Origin: Eledone cirrhosa
Taxonomy: Eukaryota
Assembly (NCBI GenBank): GCA_964016885.1
Contig: OZ024757.1
Span: 20,336,001-20,400,000, forward strand
Length of the DNA: 64,000 nucleotides
Direction: 5' to 3'
Under the pieces are notes generated by a model, which made no database searches, was not told the DNA's origin, and saw only the letters and a list, made by a program, of their open reading frames with translations. Position numbers and translations under genes: made by a program. This document shows positions 26,421 to 39,050 of this stretch, in pieces; position 1 is the stretch's first letter; each line of letters opens with the position of its first letter.

Positions 26421-26819
26421 TAAAATGATAAAAGAAAATAAAGCTAAATGGAATAATGAATAAGAGAGTAAATGTGTGACAGAGAGAGAGAGAGAGCGAG
26501 CGAGAGAGAGAGAGGGGGAGTCAGAGTATGTATGAAGGATGAAGGTGTAGCAAGGGGAGAAAGAAGGAGTAAGAGAGTGTGAGGGAGGGGGGGTTGTAGC
26601 ATGTTGAGAAAGGAGAGAGAGAGAGAGGGGTGGTGGGGGTGGGGTGTAGCATGTTGATGTTTGTATAGAATTTAGAGACCGTTCATAGCAGCTGCCTTAG
26701 TCAAGTACAACAACATACTACATACAACATACTGTAAAAAAAATCTCCCCTGGCTGACTCTGCAGCAGTAGCAGCAGCAGTCATAACTGACACTATCAAC
26801 TTCACTAAACATTAAGCAG

Positions 26820-26853
<34 letters not shown>

Positions 26854-27068
26854 GTCATCATAGTCATAGTCATTGTTTAATGTCTGCATTCCCTGCTAGC
26901 AAGGGTTGGACAGGTCTACATAGACCAACTGACTACTGAAGTGAGGGTACTTACCTCCCATATGCAGAAGCATCATCATCATCGTGTAGTGTAGTGTAGT
27001 GTAGTGTAGTGTAGTGCCATTTAGTGCTGACTTTCCCTGCTAGCAAGGGTTAAGGGACAAGTCTATCT

Positions 27069-28710
27069 AAGCAGGGCTACTGACCTCCCAAGCAGGACTA
27101 CTGACCTCCCAAGCAGGACTACTGACCTCCCAAGCAGGACTACTGACCTCTCAAGCAGGGCTACTGACCTCCCAAGCAGGGCTACTGACCTCCCATGCAG
27201 GGCTACTGACCTCCCAAGCAGGGCTACTGACCTCCCAAGCAGGACTACTGACCTCTCAAGCAGGGCTACTGACCTCCCAAGCAGGGCTACTGACCTCCCA
27301 TGCAGGGCTACTGACCTCCCAAGCAGGGCTACTGACCTCCCATGCAGGGCTACTGACCTCCCAAGCAGGGCTACTGACCTCTCAAGCGGGGCTACTGACC
27401 TCCCAAGCAGGGCTACTGACCTCCCATGCAGGGCTACTGACCTCCCAAGCAGGGCTACTGACCTCCCATGCAGGGCTACTGATCTCCCAAGCAGGGCTAC
27501 TGACCTCCCATGCAGGGCTACTGACCTCCCAAGCAGGGCTACTGACCTCCCATGCAGGGCTACTGACCTCCCAAGCAGGGCTACTGACCTTCCAAGCAGG
27601 GCTACTGACCTCCCAAGCAGGGCTACTGACCTCCCATGCAGGGCTACTGACCTCCCAAGCAGGGCTACTGACCTTCCAAGCAGGGCTACTGACCTCCCAA
27701 GCAGGGCTACTGACCTCCCAAGCAGGGCTACTGACCTCCCAAGCAGGACTACTGACCTCCCAAGCAGGGCTACTGACCTCCCAAGCAGGACTACTGACCT
27801 CCCAAGCAGGACTACTGACCTCCCAAGCAGGACTACTGACCTCCCAAGCAGGGCTACTGACCTCCCAAGCAGGGCTACTGACCTCTCAAGCGGGGCTACT
27901 GACCTCTCAAGCGGGGCTACTGACCTCCCAAGCAGGGCTACTGACCTCCCAAGCAGGGCTACTGACCTTCCAAGCAGGGCTACTGACCTCCCAAGCGGGG
28001 CTACTGACCTCCCAAGCGGGGCTACTGACCTCCCAAGCGGGGCTACTGACCTCCCAAGCGGGGCTACTGACCACCCAAGCAGGACTACTGACCACCCAAG
28101 CAGGACTACTGACCTCCCAAGCAGGGCTACTGACCTCCCAAGCAGGACTACTGACCTCTCAAGCGGGGCTACTGACCTCTCAAGCAGGACTACTGACCAC
28201 CCAAGCAGGACTACTGACCTCCCAAGCAGGGCTACTGACCTCCCAAGCAGGGCTACTGACCTCCCATGCAGGGCTACTGACCTCTCAAGCAGGACTACTG
28301 ACCACCCAAGCAGGACTACTGACCACCCAAGCAGGACTACTGACCTCCCAAGCGGGGCTACTGACCTCTCAAGCGGGGCTACTGACCTCTCAAGCGGGGC
28401 TACTGACCTCCCAAGCAGGGCTACTGACCTCTCAAGCGGGGCTACTGACCTCCCAAGCGGGGCTACTGACCACCCAAGCAGGGCTACTGACCTCTCAAGC
28501 GGGGCTACTGACCTCCCAAGCGGGGCTACTGACCACCCAAGCAGGACTACTGACCACCCAAGCAGGACTACTGACCTCCCAAGCAGGGCTACTGACCTCC
28601 AAAGCAGGGCTACTGACCTCCCAAGCAGGGCTACTGACCTCCCAAGCAGGGCTACTGACCTTCCAAGCAGGGCTACTGATCTCCCAAGCAGGAACTACTG
28701 ACCTCCCAAA
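27069..28710. repeat. 21-bp GC-rich minisatellite (aagcagggctactgacctccc), ~78 copies
   Basis: Direct inspection; VSSPAWE 7-aa periodicity in the ORF track. Confidence 0.95.
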
Positions 28711-28916
28711 CAGAATCACCAATATCATCATCATGGTCGCCATTGTCATCATTGTTGTCCTTTAACATCTGCTTTAATTGCTAGCAAGGGCCAGACAGGC
28801 CCACACAAACCAACCACATGCCCATAGTATTGGAGCTGTCATCTCTTAATTTAGAAAAGACTAAATATTAGTAGGCATTTAGATTAAAGTCTCAGGTATT
28901 TCAGTAAACTTTAATA

Positions 28917-29340
28917 TAACCTTTTGATATCAAACAGTCTAAACTGGTTTTGTTTCATAGGAAGCCCTTAAAATGAGTGGTTTTGTTTCATAGAAACAAA
29001 ACCACTCATTTTAAGGGCTTCCTATTTAAACTAAAATCTATCTCCCAACATAATTTTATAAAAGAACTGTATGTTAACATCCTATCTTACTAATGAAATA
29101 ATTGATAATTATAGTAATTCTCTCAAAATTCTTCGTTAACCATTTTGGTAGCAACACAGCCAAATCTAACTCCAGTTCTATGAAACAAAACTACTCTTTT
29201 TAAAGGGCTCTGATTTAAATAAAAATCTCATAACATAATTTTAAGTAAGAACCATATTAAGTTACAGCCTTAATAATGAAATAGCTAATAACTTTAGTTA
29301 ATCCTTCCAAATTCTTATTTAATTCAAATTCTTTCCCTCA
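28917..29340. mobile_element. Old AT-rich repeat family with piggyBac-like aaccctttt end (relatives at ~1380-1640, 9480-9647, 34750-35005)
   Basis: Shared ctatgaaacaaaac..taaaatct..aacataatttta blocks. Confidence 0.5.
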
Positions 29341-29549
29341 AAATTACAGGTAAGATAAATAACTTTCTAGTCATACAGAGTTACTTCCCTTATAACTTGT
29401 GCCCATTTAAAAATGATAGATATTCTTTGATTATGCAGGCTGGTTTGAGGTGTAGGGATGGATGAGGAAAAGGGCACTGGATGGTGCTGTCCCCACCTCC
29501 ACCCCACATTTCTGTGATGCATCCTCACTCCCAACACCATCTTAATGGT

Positions 29550-30400
29550 TTCATAAGGCCAACAATTTTTTGGGAGGAGCAAAAAGTCGATTAAATCCTC
29601 CCCCCATTGCATTACTGGTACTTTATTTTATCAAGCGACATAAGGATGAAAAGTAAAGTTAACTATGGCAGGATTTGAACTCAGAGCATAAAGGGACACA
29701 AAGAATGTCTATTGCTCTACTGACACTTCCAATCCACTACACTACCCCAGCTTAATAATGATTTCTAGTATAGGCACAAGGCCAGTAATTTGGGGGAGGG
29801 GAAAGTCGATTAAATCAACCCCAGTACGTTACTGGTACTTTATTTTATCGACCCTGTAAGGATGAAAGGCAAAGCTAACCTCATTGGGATTTGAACTCAG
29901 AACATAAACTTAATAATTGTTTCTACTTTTGGCACAAGGCCAGCAATTACCCAGTGTATTACTGGTACTTTATTTTATCGACCCTGTAAGGATGAAAGGC
30001 AAAGTTAACCTCGGCGGGATTTGAACTCAGAATGGAAAGGGCCGTAACTCTATAAGTCAAAGCATGGCGTCCGACCCTCTACCAATACTGCCAATCCACA
30101 ATGTCAAAGACTTTCCCCAAGTCAACAAAAGCTAAGTAGAGGGGGTTAAGTTAACCTCGGCGGGATTTGAACTCAGACCGTAAAGGACCATAACTCTATG
30201 CTGCAAAGCACGGTGTCTGGCCCTCTACCGATACTGCCAATCCACCACCCTACCCCAGCTTAATAATTGTTTCTACTTTAGGCACAAGGCCAGCAATTAC
30301 CCAGTGCATTACTGGTACTTTATTTTATCGACCCCGTAAGGATGAAAGGCAAAGTCAACCTCGGCGGGATTTGAACTCAGATCATAAAGGGACCCCAGCT
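29550..30400 (-). mobile_element. Cluster of about five co-oriented SINE family B copies/fragments
   Basis: Five ggatttgaactcag B-box complements; taccccagcttaataat recurs as flank. Confidence 0.85.
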
Positions 30401-30664
30401 TAATAATGATATCAATTCACTTCAAATTCTTGATTATTTTCCAAGTTATTAGAATTATGGCAATGAAAGGGTTGAAAGGAAAGCGGATACATCATATGAA
30501 ATCCTTCCAGACGGAACCATGATACATTATTACAGGTGAACATCCTCCAATCAGAATATATGTTACCTGATCTTAATCAATAGTTAATTGAGTTTGTATC
30601 TAAAATTAATTATAAAGAAACATAGCTAATATACCAGAATATGTGAAACAATAAACTCTCTATC

Positions 30665-30895
30665 ATCATTCATCATCATCATCATTTCATTTTACGTCCG
30701 CTTTCCCCTGCTTGCAAGGGTGGGACGGGAACTGATTCTGGCTTGATTTCTACAGCTGGATGCCCTTCCTAACACCAACCTCATTTACAGTGAGTGCTGG
30801 GTGCTTTTTTGCTGTGACACCTCCACGACCACTTTGCAGTGGAATGATAGGGACCCCAGTCCCTATCATCTCATTTCTACAGCTGAGTAAACTGT
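30665..30895 (-). mobile_element. 5'-truncated SINE family A
   Basis: Reverse complement of the module and RTE tail. Confidence 0.85.
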
Positions 30896-31817
30896 CTTAT
30901 TAAAGTAATGACTTAAATATTTATAGTCATACAGTTACACTGTTATTTTGTACTTTTCAAGAAAGTCTTACTAATGTGGTTTCATGTGGTTTGTTAATTC
31001 AAATGTTTATAGTATCTTCACTAGAGAACTTAATCTCATGTAAGTTTGCAGCATTAAAGTAAAGATTGTAATATTGTAATATTAAAGTAAAGATTGTAAT
31101 GTGATGCAGTCATATTGCTGTTTTAGACTTTCGAAGAATGTCTTCCTCATGTGGTTTGTTAATTCAAATGATTACATTATTTTTACTAGGGGACAGAGTG
31201 TCATGAAAATTTGAAGTGTTAGAGTAAAGAATTAAATATTCAATGGGAAGCAGTCATGTATTGCTAATGTGGTACAGAATGTTAAAAGTTAAAGTGAAAA
31301 TATCAAATACGGGCTGTTTCCAATAAATCCTTTTTCCTGACAATAAACCGCTGGCAGAAGGTGGGGAGGTGGGGTAAGTGTTTTAGTTGAAGTCAGTTCA
31401 AGTGATTTCTCATTTACACCCATCTACCATATCTCTCTCGCTTTCTTTTCCAGTTTCTATAACTGGCTGTCTCCCTCTTAAATGTGTTTTCTATGTGCAT
31501 GTGAATACACATGCACATACATGTCTATATAAACATAGACATGTACAACACACGCATACAAATATATAACTATATATATGTACATACATACATACATATA
31601 TATATATGTATATATATATGATAGACTATATATATGTGTTTGTGTCTATATTGTATCTGTATTTTTGACCGTTGGTCAGTCAATGGCAACATTGAGGACC
31701 AAATGAATTAACTGTGGAGATATAAATGACACAGAAGCAAAAACCAACCAAACAGTGAGTGTGTTCTGTTATTAATTCTGGCAATATTATTACACAAATA
31801 TGACCCTCCCCAAGTAT

Positions 31818-31875
<58 letters not shown>

Positions 31876-32509
31876 ATAAATTATCGAGATTCGCATTTCG
31901 GCCCACGAAATAACGAAAAACAACCTCCGAGATGTGAGGCAAGTGCTCAATGGTTCAGATGAACCAGAGCTATAACAAACGTTAAACGCCAAACACACTG
32001 AGACGATGGTTAAACAATCATTCGCATAGCCAAAAAAACGATCAAGTAATTCGGGTATTGAAAATTTACCCGGACCCCTGGAAGGTTGGTAAAATCCAAT
32101 ATTTGGATTTCTGCGGCTCCTAAATCAAGTACCGTCCGCTTACATAAATAATGTCAGGCTTCTGGTAAGATGATTGAACAAGGAAGCCACTTTCTCAACA
32201 GGTTTTAGTTCAATGTTAATACAAGGACTGACTATTGCTGACTGTACGTCCTAATCAGATAAAATAGGATTATGCATGACATACCCTGACATAGTAGATG
32301 GTTAAGATTCAGTCATGGTAGTGATTAACATATGACAAAACTCAATATTTATACCCTAATATTGAGAACATGAGATAATATAATACAAACAATAGAGAGG
32401 GTGTGTGTAATACCGCTTATCATTCTTTGATGTATTCATTGAACCTTGTTTAACTTTTAAATATATATATATATATATATAAACATACACACATATATAT
32501 ATATATATA

Positions 32510-32720
32510 TATGAAAAACAAGGGGAGAAGAATACTGCATGGTTGCACATGGATTACATATTATAAAATTAGTCCCTCATCAGTGATTTTCCAACCATCA
32601 TTGGTATTTCATCGCATTAAAAATCAGATACCTCAGGTTGGTGCGAGCAATAACTAAAATAAGCTATTGGGACAAGTGAAACGCGTAAAGGGAGTGGGAC
32701 AAGTAAACAACAGAAGGAAA
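32510..32720 (-). repeat. Unclassified (TA)n-embedded repeat family (copies 59755-59862 +, 62790-62995 -)
   Basis: Shared gcgatgaaatacc(a/t)atga(t/c)ggttgg..atcactgatga(g/a)gg. Confidence 0.75.
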
Positions 32721-32995
32721 AGCAAACAACATGATAGTTATACAATTGGATATATAATAATGAAATTATTGTGTAAAGTGCTCAGGTGCACTACAACTCG
32801 TCAAAGGTGCATGTATAGTACATAGAATAATATACAAATGTCAGGGATGAGAGGGATAAACACCGATACAAGTATACATGTGTTCCAATTTCAAATGACC
32901 AAGTTAGCTAGGTTGAAAAAATACTAATTTAAAACAATATGGTTTGTCTGTCTCGATTTAAAGTAATAAACGCAATCTATAATATATATATATAT

Positions 32996-33244
32996 AGTAG
33001 CAGTGGTACCCGGCGTTGCACGGGATAAGGTATTGTGAAATATATAACCGCCTTAGTAAGCTTAGTATTGCCACAACCACGGCTGGCAAAGAAGTAAGGG
33101 TCTGGTGGTACGTAAGATTTTGAAAGTATTTATTTTGAGAACAATACCTTAACATCAGTTTGAGTGACCAGTTACAGCCAGTTTGAACAGAAAGAGGTAG
33201 AGAATTCTGGCCGGTTTTGGCTGGTTTGAACATTAAAGGGTTAA
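32996..33244. mobile_element. Helitron-like 3' end (minus) fused to the right half of the piggyBac-type MITE
   Basis: Minus cccgtgcaacgccggg hairpin before ctac; MITE half 33115-33244 ends TAAAGGG-TTAA. Confidence 0.6.
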
Positions 33245-33704
33245 ATCAACCCCAGTGTGTTGATACTTTATTTTATTCACCCGGTAAGGATGGAAGACAA
33301 AACTAACCTCGGCAGGATTTGAACTCAATGTAAAAAGCCGGTACAAATACTGCAAATTTATTTTGTCCGATGCTCTACCTATTCTGCCAATTCACCACAC
33401 AATCACTTCTACTTTAGGCACAAAGCCAGTATTTTGGGCTGAGCAGGAAAGTCATTTATATTAACCCCAGGAGGATGAAAGACAAAGTTGACTTTGGTGG
33501 GATTTGAAATCAGAATGTAAAAAGCCAGAACAAATACTACAATGGCATTTTATTCGATGCCCCATCAATTCTGCCCATCCACCAGCACTACTCCCTTGCA
33601 AGGTCATTGGGTGCTTTTCAGCATGGCACCAACACTACCACCTTACAGGGTGGATTAGTATTCAGTGAAATAATTAACTTTCTTATTATTAAATTACTAT
33701 TTGA

Positions 33705-34557
33705 GGGCGGTGGATTGGCAGTATCGGTAGAGGGTCGGACGCCATGCTAGGGCGGTGGGTTGGCAGTATCGGTAGAGGGTCGGACACCATGCTAGGGAGG
33801 TGGATTGGTAGTACCAGTAGAGGGTCGGACGCCATGCTAGGGCGGTGGATTGGCAGTATCGGTAGAGGGTCGGACGCCATGCTAGGGCGGTGGATTGGCA
33901 GTATCGGTAGAGGGTCGGACGCCATGCTAGGGCGGTGGATTGGCAGTATCGGTAGAGGGTCGGACGCCATGCTAGGGCGGTGGATTGGCAGTATCGGTAG
34001 AGGGTCGGACGCCATGCTAGGGCGGTGGATTGGCAGTATCGGTAGAGGGTCGGACGCCATGCTAGGGCGGTGGATTGGCAGTATCGGTAGAGGGTCGGAC
34101 GCCATGCTAGGGCGGTGGGTTGGCAGTATCGGTAGAGGGTCGGACGCCATGCTAGGGCAGTGGATTGGCAGTATCGGTAGAGGGTCGGACGCCATGCTAG
34201 GGCGGTGGGTTGGCAGTATCGGTAGAGGGTCGGACGCCATGCTAGGGCGGTGGATTGGCAGTATCGGTAGAGGGTCGGACGCCATGCTAGGGCGGTGGAT
34301 TGGCAGTATCGGTAGAGGGTCGGACGCCATGCTAGGGCGGTGGGTTGGCAGTATCGGTAGAGGGTCGGACGCCATGCTAGGGAGGTGGATTGGCAGTATC
34401 GGTAGAGGGTCGGACACCATGCTAGGGCGGTGGATTGGTAGTATCGGTAGAGGGTCGGACACCATGCTAGGGAGGTGGATTGGTAGTATCGGTAGAGGGT
34501 CGGACACCATGCTAGGGAGGTGGATTGGTAGTATCGGTAGAGGGTCGGACGCCATGC
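33705..34557 (+). repeat. 45-bp tandem array (~19 copies) of the SINE B tRNA-like 5' head
   Basis: gggcggtggattggcagtatcggtagagggtcggacgccatgcta; the last unit continues into a complete SINE B. Confidence 0.95.
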
Positions 34558-34752
34558 TTTGCAGCATAGAGTTACGGCTCTTTATGATCTGAGCTCAAAC
34601 CCCGCCGAGGTTAACTTTGCATTTCATCCTTATGGGGTCGATAAAATAAAATACCAGTCACGCACTGGGGGTCGATTTAATCAACCCCCCCCCCCCTCCC
34701 TCCGAAAAAAAAAAAATTACTGGCCTTGTGCCCATATAAGAAACCATTATTA
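34515..34752 (+). mobile_element. Full SINE family B downstream of the head array
   Basis: B-box variant gagctcaaaccc, Nin-like core, tail ggccttgtgccc..gaaaccattatt. Confidence 0.85.
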
Positions 34753-35354
34753 AATTACTATTTGGAACATAACTTAACAAAGGTCCTTACAAAGAATTAT
34801 GATTCAAGAACTTTGGATAAATATAGATACTTAAAACTAAGCAGTTTTGTATCATAGAACCAGGGACAGTTTCAGGGAGTTTGTTAACAGAAGGTTTGAC
34901 AAAGGTCCTTACATAACATAAAATTATAATGGAAGGTTACAGTTTTGTATCATAGAAGCAAAAGTGGTTTCATGGGGTTTCATGGGGTTTAGTATGGAAA
35001 GGGTTACTGCAGTGAGCTTGTATAGACAAAAGTTGTATTGAGGGGGAAAGATGTTGCTCTTCTCACTAAATCCAAACAGTCTGAAACCCAACACCAGTTC
35101 TATGAGCCCCTGTAATGTCAGTAGAGAATTTAGAGATACAGAAAAAAAGAAAAAAAAATGCTTATGAAATTTACAGTGTAGAGTTGATGAAGGAGGAGGC
35201 TGGGGAACAGCTGTATAATAAATTATTCCCCCCCCCCCTCTTCTTATTCTCCCTGAAATCTTCATTAATCTGAAATTAGAGGGACGCTTTTCATACTTTT
35301 CACACTTAATGGAGTAAAAGCATGTAATAATATTTATTGAGCATTATTTCTGCT

Positions 35355-35397
<43 letters not shown>

Positions 35398-35400
<3 letters not shown>

Positions 35401-35834
35401 TGGTGGCTGCCAACTCGTTTTCGAGTACGGCTACTACTTTATATCCATGTAGGAGAACCCCTACCGATGCGCTGAACAAGTGTGACTTTTTAGTCCAGCC
35501 AGCGACTTGAAAACTCTGGTACAAACACTACACTTGTGACAATTACTGACACATAGTACTGGGCCCATGGTACCATGTGATGACAAGTGCAGAGAGATCT
35601 CCAGATATAAAGCAATGTCTGTGCCGTGAAGCTTTTATAGTGAGCAAAGGCACTGCACAAAGCCAGTCCCACTCTCTTAACCAAGATGATATTTACCAAA
35701 AAGAAGAACAAGTCAACATCAATAGCTCTTAAGAGTCAATGGCCATCCAAAATCACCGGGAGAGATGACCCCTTAGCCTTTGTCAAGGCAGAATTCTAGA
35801 AGGAAAACTCTGATATAACACCTGCAACCTTGAT
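35398..35834 (-). mobile_element. ~445-bp non-coding retroposon with inverted 5' segment
   Basis: Near-identical to 56354-56800 except that 35722-35834 is the reverse complement of 56685-56800. Confidence 0.85.
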
Positions 35835-35880
35835 ATATATATATACATACATACATATATAAACAACAGAAATAAATAAA

Positions 35881-35960
<80 letters not shown>

Positions 35961-36083
35961 TATGGCCATACTCGATAACGAGGGGGCAGCCATCATATAT
36001 ATATGTATGTGTGTGTATATATATATATAAACGACACAGTACACGGAAGAAATATATTAGTTTAACATTTGGAAAAAGCAGGA

Positions 36084-36126
36084 AGAGAGCTTTTACGTTT
36101 CAGGCTTGTCCTTCATCAGAAGATAG
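36084..36126 (-). ncRNA. Minimal, probably degenerate hammerhead motif (Penelope pLTR type)
   Basis: Minus strand CTGATGA-agg-acaag-cct-GAAA-cg-TA; palindromic acgt stem III; stem I only ~2 bp. Confidence 0.4.
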
Positions 36127-36248
36127 TTAGAAATAGAAAATAAATAAAAAGTAAAGAGCAATAAGAGGTGGGGACGGGAAAAAAAAACGCATGTGCATAT
36201 TCAGTCAGCCATGTTGGATATGTATGTATATATATATGTATGTATATA

Positions 36249-36289
<41 letters not shown>

Positions 36290-36293
<4 letters not shown>

Positions 36294-37600
36294 GTTAACC
36301 AGGTAATACTTTGTTAACCAGGTAATACTAGAAGGTGTCATTGTTAACCAGGTAATACTAGGTGTCATACCAAAAGATTGGTGCAGTAGCATCATTGTCA
36401 ACTGCTACAAAGTAAAGGTGATGCACAAGATAGAGGAAACTATAGAGGTATAAAGCTGATGGACCAGGTCATGAAAGTAACAGAAAGAGTTATAGCACAG
36501 TTGATTAGGGACCGGGTGAAACTAGATGAGATGCAATTTGGGTTTGTACCAGGAAGAGGCACCACTTATGCCCTCTTCCTTGTGAGGCAGTTACAGGAAA
36601 AGTACCTAGCTAAAAGTAAGCCACTCTACCTGGCATTCGTCGATCTCGAGAAAGCCTTTGACAGAGTTCCACGTGCTATAATCTGGTGGGCTCTTAGAAA
36701 ACTAGGAGTAGATGAATGGCTTGTGAAAGCTGTACAAGCCATGTATAGGGGAGCACTCAGCAAAGTTAGGATTAGCAATGAGCATAGCGAGGAATTTAGC
36801 GTACAGGTTGGTGTCCACCAGAGCTCTGTTCTTAGCCCTCTCCTGTTCATCATAGTCCTGCAGGCAATAACGGAGGAGTTTAAGACCGGATGCCCATAGG
36901 AACTCCTGTATGCAGATGACCTCGCACTTATAGCTGATTCTATGGTAGAACTAGAGAAGAAATTCCAAACTTGGAAGCAGGGACTAGAAAGAAAGGGTCT
37001 CAAAGTCAACCTGACAAAGACTAAGGTCCTTGTAAGTAGACTAGAAAACAGAATCCAGATCCCCTCAGGGAAATGGCCTTGCTCAGTATGTAGGAAAGGT
37101 GTAGGTAGGAACTCTATTCTCTGCCCCAAATGCAAACAATGGGTACACAAGAGATGTAGCGGGATCTCAGGAAGCTTAATTAAGAATGTAAGCTTCACAT
37201 GTAGCAGCTGTGCTGGGACAGCAAGCAGCAAACACCCACAGGAAACAAGTACCACCAATCTCTGTGAGGGCTCTGTAGAAACAGTAGGCAGCTTCTGCTA
37301 CCTAGGTGATCAAATTAGCAGCGGAGGTGGGTGTTCAGAAAGTACAATAACTAGGGTAAGAACGGGATGGAAGAAGTGCAGGGAACTACTGCCACTGCTA
37401 GCTGCAAAAGGCTTTTCCCTCATGAAAGGCAGACTGTATGATGCGTGTATCCGAACAGCGATGTTGCATGGTAGTGAGGCCTGGGCGCTGAAAGTGGGAG
37501 ACTTACGTAGTTTAGAAAGAAACGAAGCCTGCATGCTCCGATGGATGTGTAATAGTAATATACGCGAACGGCAAAGCATAAATGAATTGAGAGAGAGACT
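36290..37600 (+). mobile_element. RTE LINE fragment (RT, PHD-like finger, C-terminal region), disrupted
   Basis: [37 protein letters not shown], stop before ELLYADD, CSVC..CPKC..HKRC..CSSC. Confidence 0.92.
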
Positions 37601-37763
37601 ATAAAAAACATTGATAATTCACTATCAACTCTTCACTCATGACCTCATGTCAATTTTTTTCAAAATTGCTGACTTCCACAAATATTAGAACAATATAAAA
37701 AGTGACATTTTGTGTGTGTCACTACTATCTACGGTCATTGCAGTTATTTTCCGTATTTGAGAC

Positions 37764-38910
37764 ATCATCATCATCATCATGTTACATCCACTTTTCCCTG
37801 CTTGCAAGGGTGGGACGGGAACTGATTCTGGCTTGATTTCTACAGCTGGATGCCCTTCCTAACACCAACCTCATTTACAGTGAGTGCTGGGTGGTTTTTT
37901 GCTGTGGCACCCCCACGACCACTTTGCAGTGTGGCCTGGGTGCTTTTTTTTGCCGTGGCCCCTCCACGACCACTTTACAGTATAGGCTGGGTGATTTTTT
38001 TCCGTGGCCCCTCCACGACCACTTTACAGTGGCCTTGGTGCTTTTTTTTGCCTAGGCCCCTCTACGACCACTTTACAGAGTGGTCTGGGTGCTTTTTTTT
38101 GCCGTGGCCCCTCTACGACCACTTTACAGAGTGGCCTTGGTGCTTTTTTTTGCCGTGGCCCCTCTACGACCACTTTACAGAGTGGCCTTGGTGCTTTTTT
38201 TTGCCGTGGCCCCTCTACGACCACTTTACAGTGTGGCCTGGGTGCTTTTTTTTGCCGTGGCCCCTCTACGACCACTTTACAGAGTGGCCTTGGTGCTTTT
38301 TTTTGCCGTGGCCCCTCTACGACCACTTTACAGTGTGGCCTGGGTGATTTTTTTTGCCGTGGCCCCTCTACGACCACTTTACAGAGTGGCCTGGGTGCTT
38401 TTTTTTGCCTAGGCCCCTCTACGACCACTTTACAGAGTGGCCTTGGTGCTTTTTTTTGCCGTGGCCCCTCTACAACCACTTTACAGTGTGGCCTAGGTGT
38501 TTTTTTTTGCCGTGGCCCCTCCACGACCACTTTACAGTATAGGCTGGGTGCTTTTTTTTGCCGTGGCCCCTCCACGACCACTTTACAGTATAGGCTGGGT
38601 GCTTTTTTTTGCCGTGGCCCCTCTACGACCACTTTACAGTGTGGCCTGGGTGCTTTTTTTCTGTGGCTCCTACACGTCCATTTTACAGTGGGTGCTGAGT
38701 GCTTTTTTGCGGTGGCACCTCCACGACCACTTTGCAGTGGAATGATAGGGACCCCAGTCCCTATCATCTCATTTCTACAGCTGAGTAAACTGGAGCAATG
38801 TGAAATAAAGTGCCTTGCTCAAGGAAACAACACATCACCCGGTCTGAGAATTGAACTCACAACCTTTCGATTGCAAGCCCAATGCTCTAACCACTAAGCC
38901 ATGTGCCTCC
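37764..38910 (-). mobile_element. SINE family A with its ~49-bp module amplified ~17 times (37880-38740)
   Basis: Normal head at 38740-38910 and tail at 37764-37880 flank tandem gtgcttttttttgccgtggcccctctacgaccactttacag units. Confidence 0.92.
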
Positions 38911-38983
38911 ATATCTATGTTAGAAACTGGCTCTCTTTCTATTGGCAAAAAGTTTATAGGGAATTAATCTAGTTTTATGTGTG

Positions 38984-39050
<67 letters not shown>

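Noticed and set aside
27069-28752. VSSPAWE repeat protein
   Set aside because: 21-bp minisatellite with scattered stops and no supporting gene structure.
33689-34592. 292-aa and 282-aa repeat ORFs / CRISPR-like appearance
   Set aside because: Pure 45-bp tandem of a SINE head; no unique spacers, no cas genes.
37850-38897. Long repetitive ORFs on both strands
   Set aside because: Translation of the amplified SINE module.
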